Source of the DNA: a virus
DNA: 64,000 bases
Direction: 5' to 3' (one strand)
IMG/VR virus record: IMGVR_UViG_3300027823_000001
Location: 36,096-100,095 of that record
Of this stretch, positions 37,301 through 45,217 are shown piece by piece. Both the position numbers and the translations under genes were made by a program. The notes beneath the pieces were generated by a model. It made no database searches and was not told the origin of the DNA. It worked only from the letters and a program-made list of their open reading frames with translations. How positions within the stretch are numbered: the first letter of the stretch is position 1; each line of letters begins with the position of its first letter.

Positions 37301-38086
37301 CGGCAGCTCGGCCGCGAACTCGAACCCGTCGAGCGCTTGAACCCAGTCACGGAAGAAGTGGAAGTGATCCAGCGCCGCATCAAGGCGGCAGAGATCACGA
37401 GCGCTGACGTGATGAACGAGATCCTTGAGAAGCATCTCACGCCGTTCGAGAAAGAGATCCTCAAGAGCCGCAAGTACCTCGTGAACGTCAAGCGGCTCAC
37501 GACCTCCGTGAACATGCCTGCGTTCAAGACGATCAAGGTACCTGATGGTGAAGGCTTCAAGAAGATCCGAGTGCCCACGGGTGAGATCGTCACTGAGGTG
37601 CCGTGCAAGGCAGAGCTGTCGCCGCTGACGCAGGGCCGCGCCAAGCAGGTGCCCTACGAGTTCTTCATGAAGACGGTGCAGGACGGGGTACCCGCCCAAA
37701 CGGCGTACGACTTCCTTCCCGTCCTACCGCACTCGCTCGCATCGTTCTCGCAGCTGCCGACCGCTCCGCCGCGAGAGCGCAAGCCTGCCGCACAGTCGCC
37801 AGCAGCCCCCGTCGTTCCGCCCAAGCCCGGCAAGATCGTCGAGGCATCGGCGCCGAGCGCTTGGAAGCTCAAGCAGGCAGCGATGGGCGCGCGTTACGAA
37901 GACCAGCGCGCCAAGCGCGCCGCCAAGCTCGCAGTGCAGAAGGTGAAGAACGACGAGCTGTATCAGCAGCGTCTCGCCAAGCAGCGCAAGGAAGCATCGA
38001 AAAAGGCTGCTGCGACGCGTGCCGCAAAGAAGGGGGTCGCGAAGAGCTTCGTGATGCCTCGCGCGCTTTACTTCGGAGGTCGCTGA
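31325..38086 (+). CDS. giant polyvalent protein: zincin metallopeptidase + SNF2-family helicase/translocase
   Basis: HELGH (32081)...SDYA...EDWAE; MGTGKT (34472), IIDEAH (34910), LTGTP, QVGLN, QRITRAAR; GGAGG RBS before ATG 31325. Confidence 0.88.
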   Translation: MKYVIPTRRLGVTEDVLEKAHAQGFNRATGGSSGAHKYIKREFLGFLNGRVRYRYWYADDVQRERGSKAVEGTAESVTTSHHEHELLGNIHKLFKNLAKNRVKASEVTEESLSRALGWDGAKVHLHPDFLRKYHAPFVAKEKEDADAEPDRFALARVYRAFQMIPEPMRALIGDDQLMNLVITTRSDPDEVELARDRGWDEPPAGWSSGTKGEVHLLGDGEPGFGEGRGFTAAPVGRPRFGSRFTWTEEVVWHELGHQLHDKLIGEKSPIWDEWKALSLKDPQRISDYAFTNEKEDWAESVACMISRPKQMARQCPARYEFFRKHGLIPGPALNRMLKVPEEEGRWWDLKDTPKAAKIIGEQREADGQPSYVGAYRSEKDQFYTVHYKGRAVFFRLGPPDKETEMQGWDEIPPTIDPETQLPVYDTQVANRFRAQDIYKEIYDDRGNALTPQQALLFLRQDDEDFNAKIPDDHMSWEPSEMDTHLGRVLFSKLGENRGEQSKERERVAKLRAKGSDPGEERHAWAPLAMSQSEFEALTPTFKFNEIRKAAEQPLLKRAYDRKLKRPVTVTAHNPITGKVEPVRSATIYETQNPDGTKTKITVNESEPFVPSGTMLVPVTATRRETSGVETVEQHWVKYRIQPDGKLTPEEKPWEWQPKKNGRGMKKVATGTWPEMRWDRLEPAKLARDLGTTAEMLLHRNGKVESGQILDPMLAKLINPLGERIRSEGDLVRLMREAAKGQASTWVTVQTGTDKHPSYAHMKLTFDGGGNPLLAGEYWNRILGVEQARVDSLLDAKNLLSVEGVQEVMPFFHSFVPSALVKYKDPTAERWVYGEIVEVKDAGRDEPATYRVQPLKGQGTGLTKMARVTTKDMESASSAVDRDDVSRIRRDVQPMKNHLLLYGDNLRFDQDGSLRGGTVRLKLPSDGTITPDEIRRFPAVRSDENGIYVDLRDINSLREEFGGFVMDTHVQTLLDDLMKTEKRNAERAMTKDVVTTSQITSADGGVNTDGLLKGLRHTLSNGARFKLGSHQEEFLRVCARAEGRTMAAHFMGTGKTIASLAAIKMMKNAKKPDGTPIAGSPRKRVAIVVPLNTAVQWQVQTQQFTESGATLIGSGTLAGAVQAFSPKNWPPRKAGEAEDVYMGRVKHARDVWAAKTAGAWIPENTPSDDVVIIPFEYFRDNEADLRAHGGFDGIIIDEAHAIARTNELSRAVERWNPGMNMLLMLTGTPITNRLNTIPRYFDILTNGKSPFGTEAEFSQRYLQPSAVMLANGSKNPPRTDLNPQRAAELASYLSTRMHIALTEDVKGKTMPAVLLDENQPAHMVGMQEKVYRLAMAAMSETEMLALEEAGALGTDEAAAFSGGTRRKVNVARSFANSPGYKPPDQREFVTFVEKVAKKKGKTGKTEVEETERVFMLPDYKRCVGKPPHGFGGKWPSMRDVEKGRISDGEYEVLSFYATTILGVDYEKTLAGSEISKELLKDIKKGTVHGASWGKISNPDYGPEGAISRGYLDLDGNLKPMIAEWGDEKFAVPIGTKFIRDPSKKASGLYYHQDDWDFTGAFSDTVEGTDDADDDESVEEADGEKKKKGLQQQKAKNSSLSIQLSPLRRRERAAFDVSMTANSAKADELERYMTERMNPVTGGDPDSQFILFGNRIGSSCRAMESKLRTLGMMDINEALGHEKTGYSSADDKKRHPKSGYFVTYFGKGATLGDRDINSEIFRKQKDDTGRDTDTSMFVHRTMTGSIGRPPAVGTFSEGWSRAERSRISKLFAGPNGDGGIEVPLRVTARIVGDETRPAFVYESDLSAADRKAVQELEAKRNQARFEDKTAFETQLNAIFSKYLTDRAPLSDHQMCVFNSCKVMVASDAAQVGLNWGNAGEVVMYDSLHSPMQEWQRITRAARMLDAIIPDNARAVFDKLGEHIRTLEQAGSFAEYANMESALLVTHEAWNMLDESERAQAQAAGFKFDQATEMYFAQRAFAKIAEMRPKVRDQLRQLGRELEPVERLNPVTEEVEVIQRRIKAAEITSADVMNEILEKHLTPFEKEILKSRKYLVNVKRLTTSVNMPAFKTIKVPDGEGFKKIRVPTGEIVTEVPCKAELSPLTQGRAKQVPYEFFMKTVQDGVPAQTAYDFLPVLPHSLASFSQLPTAPPRERKPAAQSPAAPVVPPKPGKIVEASAPSAWKLKQAAMGARYEDQRAKRAAKLAVQKVKNDELYQQRLAKQRKEASKKAAATRAAKKGVAKSFVMPRALYFGGR

Positions 38087-38379
38087 TGGGTAACCGCTAC
38101 ACGGATGTCTTTCGCGCAACAGGGCTCGACGAAGAGGTGATCGCCAACGGCGTGAAGCTCGACTACTTCATGAACCTGCCCAACGCGAGCGCGGCGATTG
38201 AAGCGCTTGATATCGTCACGAACCCTGCGGCTGTGATCCTGCTGGGCAAGCGACACACTGAGTCGGAGATCAACAAGCTCAAGAAAGCGACGTACCGTGC
38301 GTGCATCGCACACGGCGTCGCGATGCCCACGCGAGCGCTCATCGAAGCTCGCATGCTTGGGATCGTGTTACCGCAGTGA
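38086..38379 (+). CDS. hypothetical protein
   Basis: TGATG-coupled; GGAGG RBS. Confidence 0.65.
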   Translation: MGNRYTDVFRATGLDEEVIANGVKLDYFMNLPNASAAIEALDIVTNPAAVILLGKRHTESEINKLKKATYRACIAHGVAMPTRALIEARMLGIVLPQ

Positions 38380-38618
38380 GCACATCGGATCTCGCCTGCC
38401 CGCACTGCGCGGTGCCGCTCTTCCGTGCGACGCAGGATGGCTCTCGCGTCAAAGCGCGAACGAGCATCTTGGTGCTGCACAAGAGCGGAGGCGTCGAGAT
38501 CAACTGTCCATCGTGCTCACAGGGAGTGCTGGTACCCCTTGTCCCATCACCTGGTCCTGCGATGTTGAAGAAGGCCTCGCCGCAGTTCACGCCGAAGCTG
38601 GTGGTGCGGCGTACTTGA
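38376..38618 (+). CDS. Com-like zinc-ribbon protein
   Basis: LACPHC..PLF...VEINCPSC matches the Mu Com pattern; GTGA-coupled. Confidence 0.65.
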   Translation: MSTSDLACPHCAVPLFRATQDGSRVKARTSILVLHKSGGVEINCPSCSQGVLVPLVPSPGPAMLKKASPQFTPKLVVRRT

Positions 38619-38678
38619 CGGTGCGGATGATCATCAGTCATAACTCCGACGTGGCCTAGCTCACTCGGTGAGCAGCAG

Positions 38679-38711
38679 AGGCGCGGACCTGAAAGGGCTC
38701 CGCGCCTTTTT
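38679..38711 (+). terminator. terminator-like hairpin before the protease gene
   Basis: AGGCGCGGA...TCCGCGCCT stem, GAAA loop, TTTTT. Confidence 0.7.
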
Positions 38712-38733
38712 CGTTTCGGAGCAGCAAAAAACG

Positions 38734-39582
38734 ATGGACGGTCTGATCGAAGTGTTCCCTACGCCTCTCTCGCCCACCGGGCGCGGGAACGCGTGGCGCT
38801 TCGAGTTCGACGTAGAGGTCTTCGCCAAGAGCGAAGCGAACGTCCCGACCGAACGGCGCATCGGTGGCATCTGTTCGACTGACCATCTGGATCGCCAAGA
38901 CGAGACCATCATGCAGGAAGGGATGGACTTCAAGCCGTTCCTGCATGACGGGTGGTTCAACGACAACCACGACTCTGCGACCGATGCAATCGTCGGCTAC
39001 CCGATCTCAGCAGAGTACCTCTCGCTCGGCATGCGCAAGGGCTGGCGCGTCGAGGGCTACATGCTCGACGGTCATCCGCGCGCTGACTCGCTCTGGATGC
39101 TCGCGAAGGCGCTTCAGCAAACGAACCGCAAGCTGGGCTTCAGCGTCGAGGGCGGTGTCACCGCTCGCGATCCGAAGAACCCGAAGATCATCCGCAAGGC
39201 AATCGTGCGCGAGGTCGCGATCACGCGGTGCCCCGTCAACACGAGCACGGCGCTGCACATCCTCGCGAAGTCGCTCTCTGCGGGCAGCGCAATGCCTGTA
39301 CCGACCTCGCCTGTGACTGGTGATGGCGCAGGTCGGGTGATCACGCGCCGCAGCGTCGAGGCGAACGCCAACGGCTCAACGAGCCCCGCGATCGAGCGCA
39401 TCAAGCGCCGCAAGAAGCGCCTCTCGGAGATCGAGCAGCATGTGCTCGACAAGGCGCTGCACAACGAGCCCATCAACAGGCTCGAAACGGCAACGCTGCT
39501 TCAGCTGATGGCCCCTGGTCTGACGCTGAGGCAAGCAGAAGGCATCGCCGACTTCCACTTCAAGGGCGTCGCGAGGAAATGA
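38734..39582 (+). CDS. prohead (maturation) protease
   Basis: ST..LDRQDE, WFNDNH, IVGYP, LGFSVEG, VAIT..PVN. Confidence 0.9.
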   Translation: MDGLIEVFPTPLSPTGRGNAWRFEFDVEVFAKSEANVPTERRIGGICSTDHLDRQDETIMQEGMDFKPFLHDGWFNDNHDSATDAIVGYPISAEYLSLGMRKGWRVEGYMLDGHPRADSLWMLAKALQQTNRKLGFSVEGGVTARDPKNPKIIRKAIVREVAITRCPVNTSTALHILAKSLSAGSAMPVPTSPVTGDGAGRVITRRSVEANANGSTSPAIERIKRRKKRLSEIEQHVLDKALHNEPINRLETATLLQLMAPGLTLRQAEGIADFHFKGVARK

Positions 39583-39601
39583 CTGTGAAGGAGATCAAGC
39601 G

Positions 39602-40615
39602 ATGAACGACAACGAGCAGACCACCACGATCGATGCCCTCGATGCGAGTCTCGACGACCTGTTGAAGGCGGCGCGGCACATCACGGGCGAGGCTCTCAAC
39701 AAGGGCGATGGCGTGCAGATCGACAACTCGGGAACCTTCGGATCCGACGGCAAGCAGGGAGGCGGGCAGGGCTCGACTTCGGACGCGGGCAAGGTCGAAG
39801 ACCTCATGATCGGCAAGCTCTCGGCGGGCGGCTTCAACGCCGCGCAGATCGGGCAGATCGTTGGCATGATGAAGGACGCGAGCGGCGGCGGATCGTTCTT
39901 CTCGCACACGCGCCCCTCGCCCAGCGGCAAGGGCGACGAGATGTCCGGCAAGGCGCGCAAGCCCAAGATGCCTCCCTTCGCAGCCTCGGCCGACGACGAC
40001 TTCGAGGAAGAGGAAGAGGAAGAGGACGACGATGCGGGCGGGCCTGCGTTCGGCAAGTCCGACTCCTTCCGAGACCAGTTCCGCGCCGATCCCGACATCG
40101 GCGATGTCGTGGACGTGTCGCCGTTCATGGAGACGCTCACCGCCCGCACCACCGATGCCCTCGACTCTCTGGCGAAGTCGCTTCGCAAGAGCAACCGTCA
40201 GCGCGATGGTCAGTTCGCCAAGCTCGCCGAGACCACCGTAGGCCTCGGACGGTTGGTGAAGAGCCAGCAGTCGGTGATCAAGGAGCTGGGCGCGCGTCTC
40301 GGCATCGTCGAGCGTCAGCCCGCGGCGCCGACGCGTGGCGCCACCACCGAAGCGCAGGCGCAGGCGCTCAACAAGTCGATGCCCAACGAGGTCGGTGGTG
40401 CAGGCACCTCGCTCCGCAAGAGCGAGGTCGCGTCCGTGCTGACCTACATGAACTGCGAGAAGAGCATGAAGTCGATCGCCGGCCGCAACATCGCGACCGA
40501 GATCGTCCCCCTCGTCGAGAGCAGCGCGGAAGTGCCTGCCGCCATCCTGGCGGAGGTGCACAGCTTCCTTCGTCGCAACCCCGGTGAGGCGACCGCCGCC
40601 AAGACCTACGCCTGA
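39602..40615 (+). CDS. putative scaffold/core protein
   Basis: lies between protease and MCP; acidic run, coiled coil, many LxK(S/A/G) sites. Confidence 0.7.
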   Translation: MNDNEQTTTIDALDASLDDLLKAARHITGEALNKGDGVQIDNSGTFGSDGKQGGGQGSTSDAGKVEDLMIGKLSAGGFNAAQIGQIVGMMKDASGGGSFFSHTRPSPSGKGDEMSGKARKPKMPPFAASADDDFEEEEEEEDDDAGGPAFGKSDSFRDQFRADPDIGDVVDVSPFMETLTARTTDALDSLAKSLRKSNRQRDGQFAKLAETTVGLGRLVKSQQSVIKELGARLGIVERQPAAPTRGATTEAQAQALNKSMPNEVGGAGTSLRKSEVASVLTYMNCEKSMKSIAGRNIATEIVPLVESSAEVPAAILAEVHSFLRRNPGEATAAKTYA

Positions 40616-40668
40616 TCGCCCACGCGTTCTGGTAACTGACTGAAACAGAAGAAGAGGAGATACAGACC

Positions 40669-42075
40669 ATGAACTCTTTCGTAGGCGCGCGGGACTACCG
40701 CGATTTCAACGGCCACGGCATCGCCAACCCGGAGGAGATCGCAAACCTCCGCAAGGCGCTGTTCGCAGGCGCGGATGTGAGCGATCCAGGCGTGAGCGCT
40801 GGGCAAGGATTCCCTCTCCGTACGGAGAGCTTGGAAGCCACGCTCAAGAACCTCACGTTCGAGATGGACGAGATCAAGATGTTCAAGAGCATCCCCAAGG
40901 TGCCTGCGAGCAACACCGTCGAGGAGTTCAACCGACTTCTCGCCTACTCGCGCGGTGGCGCGCGGCAGTTCGACCTCGGCTGGATGAGCGAGGGTGATCT
41001 ACCTGAGGAGGAGGACTCGACCTACCAGCGCGTGACGGTGCTGATCAAGTTCCTCGGCATCGTCGGTCGCGTGACTCACGTCGCGACCGTCATCCGTCCC
41101 GCGCATGGCAACGTGGTCGCCATGGAGACGATGAACAAGACCATGATGCTACTCCAGCAGCTGGAGAACGCGGTCTTCTTCGGCGACAGCAGCATGCTGC
41201 CCGAGCAGTTCGATGGGCTCTACAAGCTCATCGGCGACGGCGCTCCCGACAACGTGATCGACCTTCGTGGTGGCGCGCTGTCCGAGGATCTCCTGAACGA
41301 CATGTTGCTGCGCATCCGCGACAACTTCGGTGTCGCGACCGACGCGTACTTCAATACGGGGCCGTTCGCCGACGTAGCGAAGCAGGTCTACGACCGCCAA
41401 CGCTTCTCCGTGTCGCCGGAGCCCGGCGTGCTCGGCGCGACTGTCAAGGCCTTCCAGGGTCAGCACGGACGCGTGAACTTGCACGACTCCGTGTTCATCA
41501 CCCCTGGCGGCGCCAGCGTCGCGGCAGGCCTCGGCGTTGCGTCGAAGCGGCCTCTCGCGCCGTCCATCAGCTCGGGTCCGACCGCGGGCGCCGACGTGCT
41601 CTCTGAGTTCGCCACTGCGGACGCGGGCACCTACATCTACCAGATCGTCGCAGGCGGACGGTACGGGCGCAGCACGCCCGTCACCTCGTCGGGCGTCGCG
41701 GTGGTCGCGGGTGACGGCGTGTCCATCACCGTCGCGGACGGCGGGCAGGGGACCTCGTACTACGAGGTCTACCGCACGCGCCCCGGTCAGCCGGTCTCCG
41801 ATGCGAAGCTCGCGTTCCGCGTGCCTCGCACGGGCGCCACTCAGGTCATCGTCGACCGCAACGGCGACCTGCCCGGCACCTCGAAGGGCTTCGTTCTGAT
41901 GCAGAATCAGCGGAGCTTCGCGTGGTCGCAGCTGCTGCCCATGACCCGCATCCCCCTCGCGGTGATCGACACCTCGATCCGCTGGGCGCAGGTCATCTAC
42001 GGAGCGATCAAAATGTATACGCCCGCAAAGAACGTGGTCGTGAAGAACATCGGTCGCCTGCCTGGCTCGGTCTGA
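40669..42075 (+). CDS. major capsid protein (Herelleviridae-like)
   Basis: LRK|ALFAG propeptide, LRTESLEATLK.LT, NTVEEFN, E..VFFGD...QFDGL, NVIDLRG; strong codon bias. Confidence 0.93.
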   Translation: MNSFVGARDYRDFNGHGIANPEEIANLRKALFAGADVSDPGVSAGQGFPLRTESLEATLKNLTFEMDEIKMFKSIPKVPASNTVEEFNRLLAYSRGGARQFDLGWMSEGDLPEEEDSTYQRVTVLIKFLGIVGRVTHVATVIRPAHGNVVAMETMNKTMMLLQQLENAVFFGDSSMLPEQFDGLYKLIGDGAPDNVIDLRGGALSEDLLNDMLLRIRDNFGVATDAYFNTGPFADVAKQVYDRQRFSVSPEPGVLGATVKAFQGQHGRVNLHDSVFITPGGASVAAGLGVASKRPLAPSISSGPTAGADVLSEFATADAGTYIYQIVAGGRYGRSTPVTSSGVAVVAGDGVSITVADGGQGTSYYEVYRTRPGQPVSDAKLAFRVPRTGATQVIVDRNGDLPGTSKGFVLMQNQRSFAWSQLLPMTRIPLAVIDTSIRWAQVIYGAIKMYTPAKNVVVKNIGRLPGSV

Positions 42076-42078
42076 TCT

Positions 42079-42127
42079 CTGCGAGCGTGCGTAGGTAGCT
42101 AACCCCACTACTCGCGCACGCTCGCAG
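42079..42127 (+). other. stem-loop after MCP (mRNA stabiliser or partial terminator)
   Basis: CTGCGAGCGTGCG/CGCACGCTCGCAG 13-bp stem, no U tract. Confidence 0.7.
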
Positions 42128-42157
42128 GGGTCTTCCCTTCACCTCGGAGAAGAAGAG

Positions 42158-42484
42158 ATGGTAACGATTGCGAACACGAAGAACAGGCAGCGGGCTCGGC
42201 TTCGGCCTGGTCGGCGCGTCTCGTACCTGCCCACCGCGGGACAGGCGACCACCTACGGTGCAGGGCCCTACGCGGGCACCATCGCGGAGGTCAACGACAC
42301 CGGCACGGTGAATCTCACCGTCATGTTCCCCGCGCCTGCGGCGGGCTACGGCACGCTGGACGCCACGTTCGGCGCACCCGAACTCGCAGCTCTGGTCGAT
42401 GGTTCCTCATCGCGCCGCCTTCAGGGTGTCGTGATCGGCGGACTCGCGGGCCAGTGCGTGCTGATCGGACCCGCGGCGGCCTGA
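42158..42484 (+). CDS. putative head decoration protein
   Basis: small gene directly after MCP. Confidence 0.55.
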   Translation: MVTIANTKNRQRARLRPGRRVSYLPTAGQATTYGAGPYAGTIAEVNDTGTVNLTVMFPAPAAGYGTLDATFGAPELAALVDGSSSRRLQGVVIGGLAGQCVLIGPAAA

Positions 42485-42505
42485 CCGCAGCGGATGACGT
42501 ACGCT

Positions 42506-42540
42506 GACGGGCGGGCGGATGATCCGCTCGCCCGTTTGTG
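42506..42540 (+). terminator. intrinsic terminator
   Basis: GACGGGCGGGCGGA-TGA-TCCGCTCGCCCGTT stem followed by TGTG. Confidence 0.65.
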
Positions 42541-42561
42541 TATCTGGTTCATGAGGAGACG

Positions 42562-43014
42562 ATGATGCGACTGACACACGATCAACTGAGGAACATGGAT
42601 CTCAACCTACGCAGCGGCGCGAAGGTGAGGATCGATGCCGATGGCTGCATCGACGCCGAGAGCGAGATCGATCAGCAGTTCTGTCTCGCGACGGGATGGA
42701 AGGAGACGAGCGCTCCGCGTGCGCCGCGCGCCATGCGCGGCCTCGACACTGCGGCGCCGAACGGTCCACTCTGGCCGGGCGGACCGAGCAAGGAGGACGT
42801 GCTCGACCTGCGGCGCTACGCGACCGAGACCGCGGGCAAGCTCGCCGAGGCAGATCAGGTGATCGCGGATTTGCGCGCCGACAACGAGCTGCTCAGGGAG
42901 AGCATCGACGCGCAGACCACCGAGACGGCCGCCAGCGAGCCCAAGGGCGCCGCGGAAGGCGAAGGTGAGACGGGGAAGCCCTCGCGCAAGCCGAAGGCTC
43001 CCAAGCCCGCCTGA
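42562..43014 (+). CDS. hypothetical protein
   Basis: GAGGAG RBS. Confidence 0.7.
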   Translation: MMRLTHDQLRNMDLNLRSGAKVRIDADGCIDAESEIDQQFCLATGWKETSAPRAPRAMRGLDTAAPNGPLWPGGPSKEDVLDLRRYATETAGKLAEADQVIADLRADNELLRESIDAQTTETAASEPKGAAEGEGETGKPSRKPKAPKPA

Positions 43015-43063
43015 GCCCTGCTGATGACGAACTGGGCGCAGTGCCGCCTGTGGAGAGACAACC

Positions 43064-43462
43064 ATGAGTGCATTCGGTGACGATCAACTGGACTACTTCG
43101 GCGCGGACCTCGGAGTCACGCGCGCGCTGTCAGCTGTGGCAGCGAACATGGTCTCCACGGGCGGCGCCTCCGACGCAGGCGGCGCCCTGCCTCCGGGCAA
43201 GTACCTGATTCAGATCACGCCTCCGGGAGGAACGGATCAGGTGTTCCTTGCCGCCATCCCGTTCGCGAAGGGAGATGTGTCGTGGGCTGCCTTGACGGCA
43301 GCGGCGCCGCGCATGCCTCTCGTGCGTGGCTGGATCGAGCTGCACGTTCGCAAAGCTCACAACGATCGCATCATCGCGCGCTGCACAGGATCGGCGACTG
43401 CGACGGTCTACGTGACGCTCATCTCCCGAGTGCCGCAGAAGCTGCCCCCCGCAACTCCCTGA
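43064..43462 (+). CDS. putative virion protein
   Basis: GGAG RBS; beta-rich. Confidence 0.65.
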   Translation: MSAFGDDQLDYFGADLGVTRALSAVAANMVSTGGASDAGGALPPGKYLIQITPPGGTDQVFLAAIPFAKGDVSWAALTAAAPRMPLVRGWIELHVRKAHNDRIIARCTGSATATVYVTLISRVPQKLPPATP

Positions 43463-43523
43463 TCTACACTCTGGAGACCGCATGATCAGCGCAACCTTTC
43501 CTACTCATGGAGAAGTACGAACG

Positions 43524-44114
43524 ATGGAGAACAGCAGCATCGCAGTATGGGTATCGGGGGCGATAGGGCTGCTGCTCGCGGTCGTCTTGGGCATTCGAGA
43601 GGTCTTCAAGCAGCGCCATGATCGCGCGCTCGAAAAGCAGAAGACCGACGCCGTGCAAGGCACGAAGCAGTTCGACGCAACGAGCGACTTCGCGCAGCGC
43701 ATGCTCGGCCGCATCTCCAAGTTGGAGGAGCGTGAGCTGGAAGACCGACGCGAGCACATGCTCCGCGAGGACACGCTGCGCTCGCGCCTCGATGCAGTCG
43801 AGCGCGAGGCTGAAGGTTGCCAGCGCCAGTACGCCGTGCTCAGCGAACAGCATCGCGCACTGCTCGGCGAAGTTGGCGAGCTGAGCACCGAGAACGACGC
43901 GCTGCGCAACGAGCTTCGCATCCTACGTGGCCACAACCTCGCGCTGAACCAAGAGCTTCAGCTCATCTACAAACAGCTGGGCTTGAAACGTTCGTCACCA
44001 TCGCTGCCCGCTATCGGCTCAACCGTCGTGCATCACGACAAGCGCCCGACACTTCAGATGCCTGCGGTGGTCGAGGAAGTCTCGATCGCGGTCAGCAGGA
44101 AGCGGGGGGAGTGA
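43524..44114 (+). CDS. membrane-anchored coiled-coil protein (possible lysis component)
   Basis: N-terminal TM segment (IAVWVSGAIGLLLAVVLG) plus long coiled coil. Confidence 0.6.
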   Translation: MENSSIAVWVSGAIGLLLAVVLGIREVFKQRHDRALEKQKTDAVQGTKQFDATSDFAQRMLGRISKLEERELEDRREHMLREDTLRSRLDAVEREAEGCQRQYAVLSEQHRALLGEVGELSTENDALRNELRILRGHNLALNQELQLIYKQLGLKRSSPSLPAIGSTVVHHDKRPTLQMPAVVEEVSIAVSRKRGE

Positions 44115-45190
44115 TGCCCGCGATCGACGTAGGCTCCAAGGCACTTGGGCGCGTGATTCGGATCAACGTGACCGACGACGACATCGACTCTGTGATCGAG
44201 ATGGGCTTTGACCGTCTCGTGATCGAGCGCTCGACGAACCTCGGAGTCTCCTACACAGAGATCACGATCCCCGCGGACAGGCCTGTGCTCGCGCTTGGTA
44301 AGATCACCTACTCATGGGTCGACCGCGCAGGCGCTCCGGCATACCTCTACCGGACGAGGTACCTGGACACGCGCAGGCTCGCGAACGGCGAGACGTTCGA
44401 CGAAGCGTCGAGTGACCCGAGCGATCCGATCGAAGGCCTCGGGCTCGCCACGCAGTGTTTGTTGACCGTGGAGCAGCTGAAGAGCCGCTACATGTTCGGC
44501 GTGGACCTCCGCGACGACCAAGGGAACGTGCTCGATGACCGTACGTTCCAGTTCTACATCATGAGTGCAGTCGAGTGGTTCGAGCACCAGCTGGACATCA
44601 AGCTCTTGGAGACGACGTTCATCGAGAAGCAGGACTACTCGGTCAACGACTACCAGGCCTACAACTACCTCCAGCTCGACAACTACCCTGTGATCTCCAT
44701 CGAGGAGTTCAACGTCCAGTACCCATCGGGGCAGACGGTGATCAGCTATCCCGAGGAGTGGCTGCGCCTCGACAGAGAGCATGGCCACCTGCGCGTGTTG
44801 CCGACCGCAGGCACGCTCTCAGAGATGCTGATCGGACAGGGAGGCTCATACCTGCCTGCGATCTACAACGGGCTGCAAAACCTGCCCCACCTGTTCGAGA
44901 TCCGCTACACCGCAGGATTCGAGGACTGCCGTGTACCTGCGAACATCCTCGACTTGATCGGCATGTTCGCAGCGCTCGGTCCATTCAACATCTTCGGTGA
45001 CTTGATCGCAGGCGCGGGCATCGCGAACGTGTCGCTTTCGATCGATGGACTCTCGCAGTCCGTTGGTACTACAAGCAGCGCGACCAACGCAGGCTATGGC
45101 TCGCGCATCATCCAGTACCAGAAGCAGATCAAGGAGCAGATCCCGCTCCTGCGCCACTACTATAAGGGGATTCGGATGGCTGTTGTGTAG
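44114..45190 (+). CDS. head-tail adaptor/neck protein
   Basis: LTVEQLKSRYMFGVDL.D, AV...EH.LDI, YTAG, SLSIDGLSQS...SA..AGYG. Confidence 0.8.
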   Translation: MPAIDVGSKALGRVIRINVTDDDIDSVIEMGFDRLVIERSTNLGVSYTEITIPADRPVLALGKITYSWVDRAGAPAYLYRTRYLDTRRLANGETFDEASSDPSDPIEGLGLATQCLLTVEQLKSRYMFGVDLRDDQGNVLDDRTFQFYIMSAVEWFEHQLDIKLLETTFIEKQDYSVNDYQAYNYLQLDNYPVISIEEFNVQYPSGQTVISYPEEWLRLDREHGHLRVLPTAGTLSEMLIGQGGSYLPAIYNGLQNLPHLFEIRYTAGFEDCRVPANILDLIGMFAALGPFNIFGDLIAGAGIANVSLSIDGLSQSVGTTSSATNAGYGSRIIQYQKQIKEQIPLLRHYYKGIRMAVV

Positions 45191-45217
45191 TCTTCTTGTG
45201 CTACGCTGCTCGTCGTC

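Noticed and set aside
38615-38646. TTGACG as a sigma70 -35 element
   Set aside because: No convincing TAnnnT at 16-18 nt spacing
43524-44114. Firm holin or spanin call
   Set aside because: Only a TM segment plus coiled coil; no endolysin is visible in the window
45188-45190. Genome-wide TAG recoding
   Set aside because: Long genes are uninterrupted in the standard code and TAG ends other genes normally (63870)
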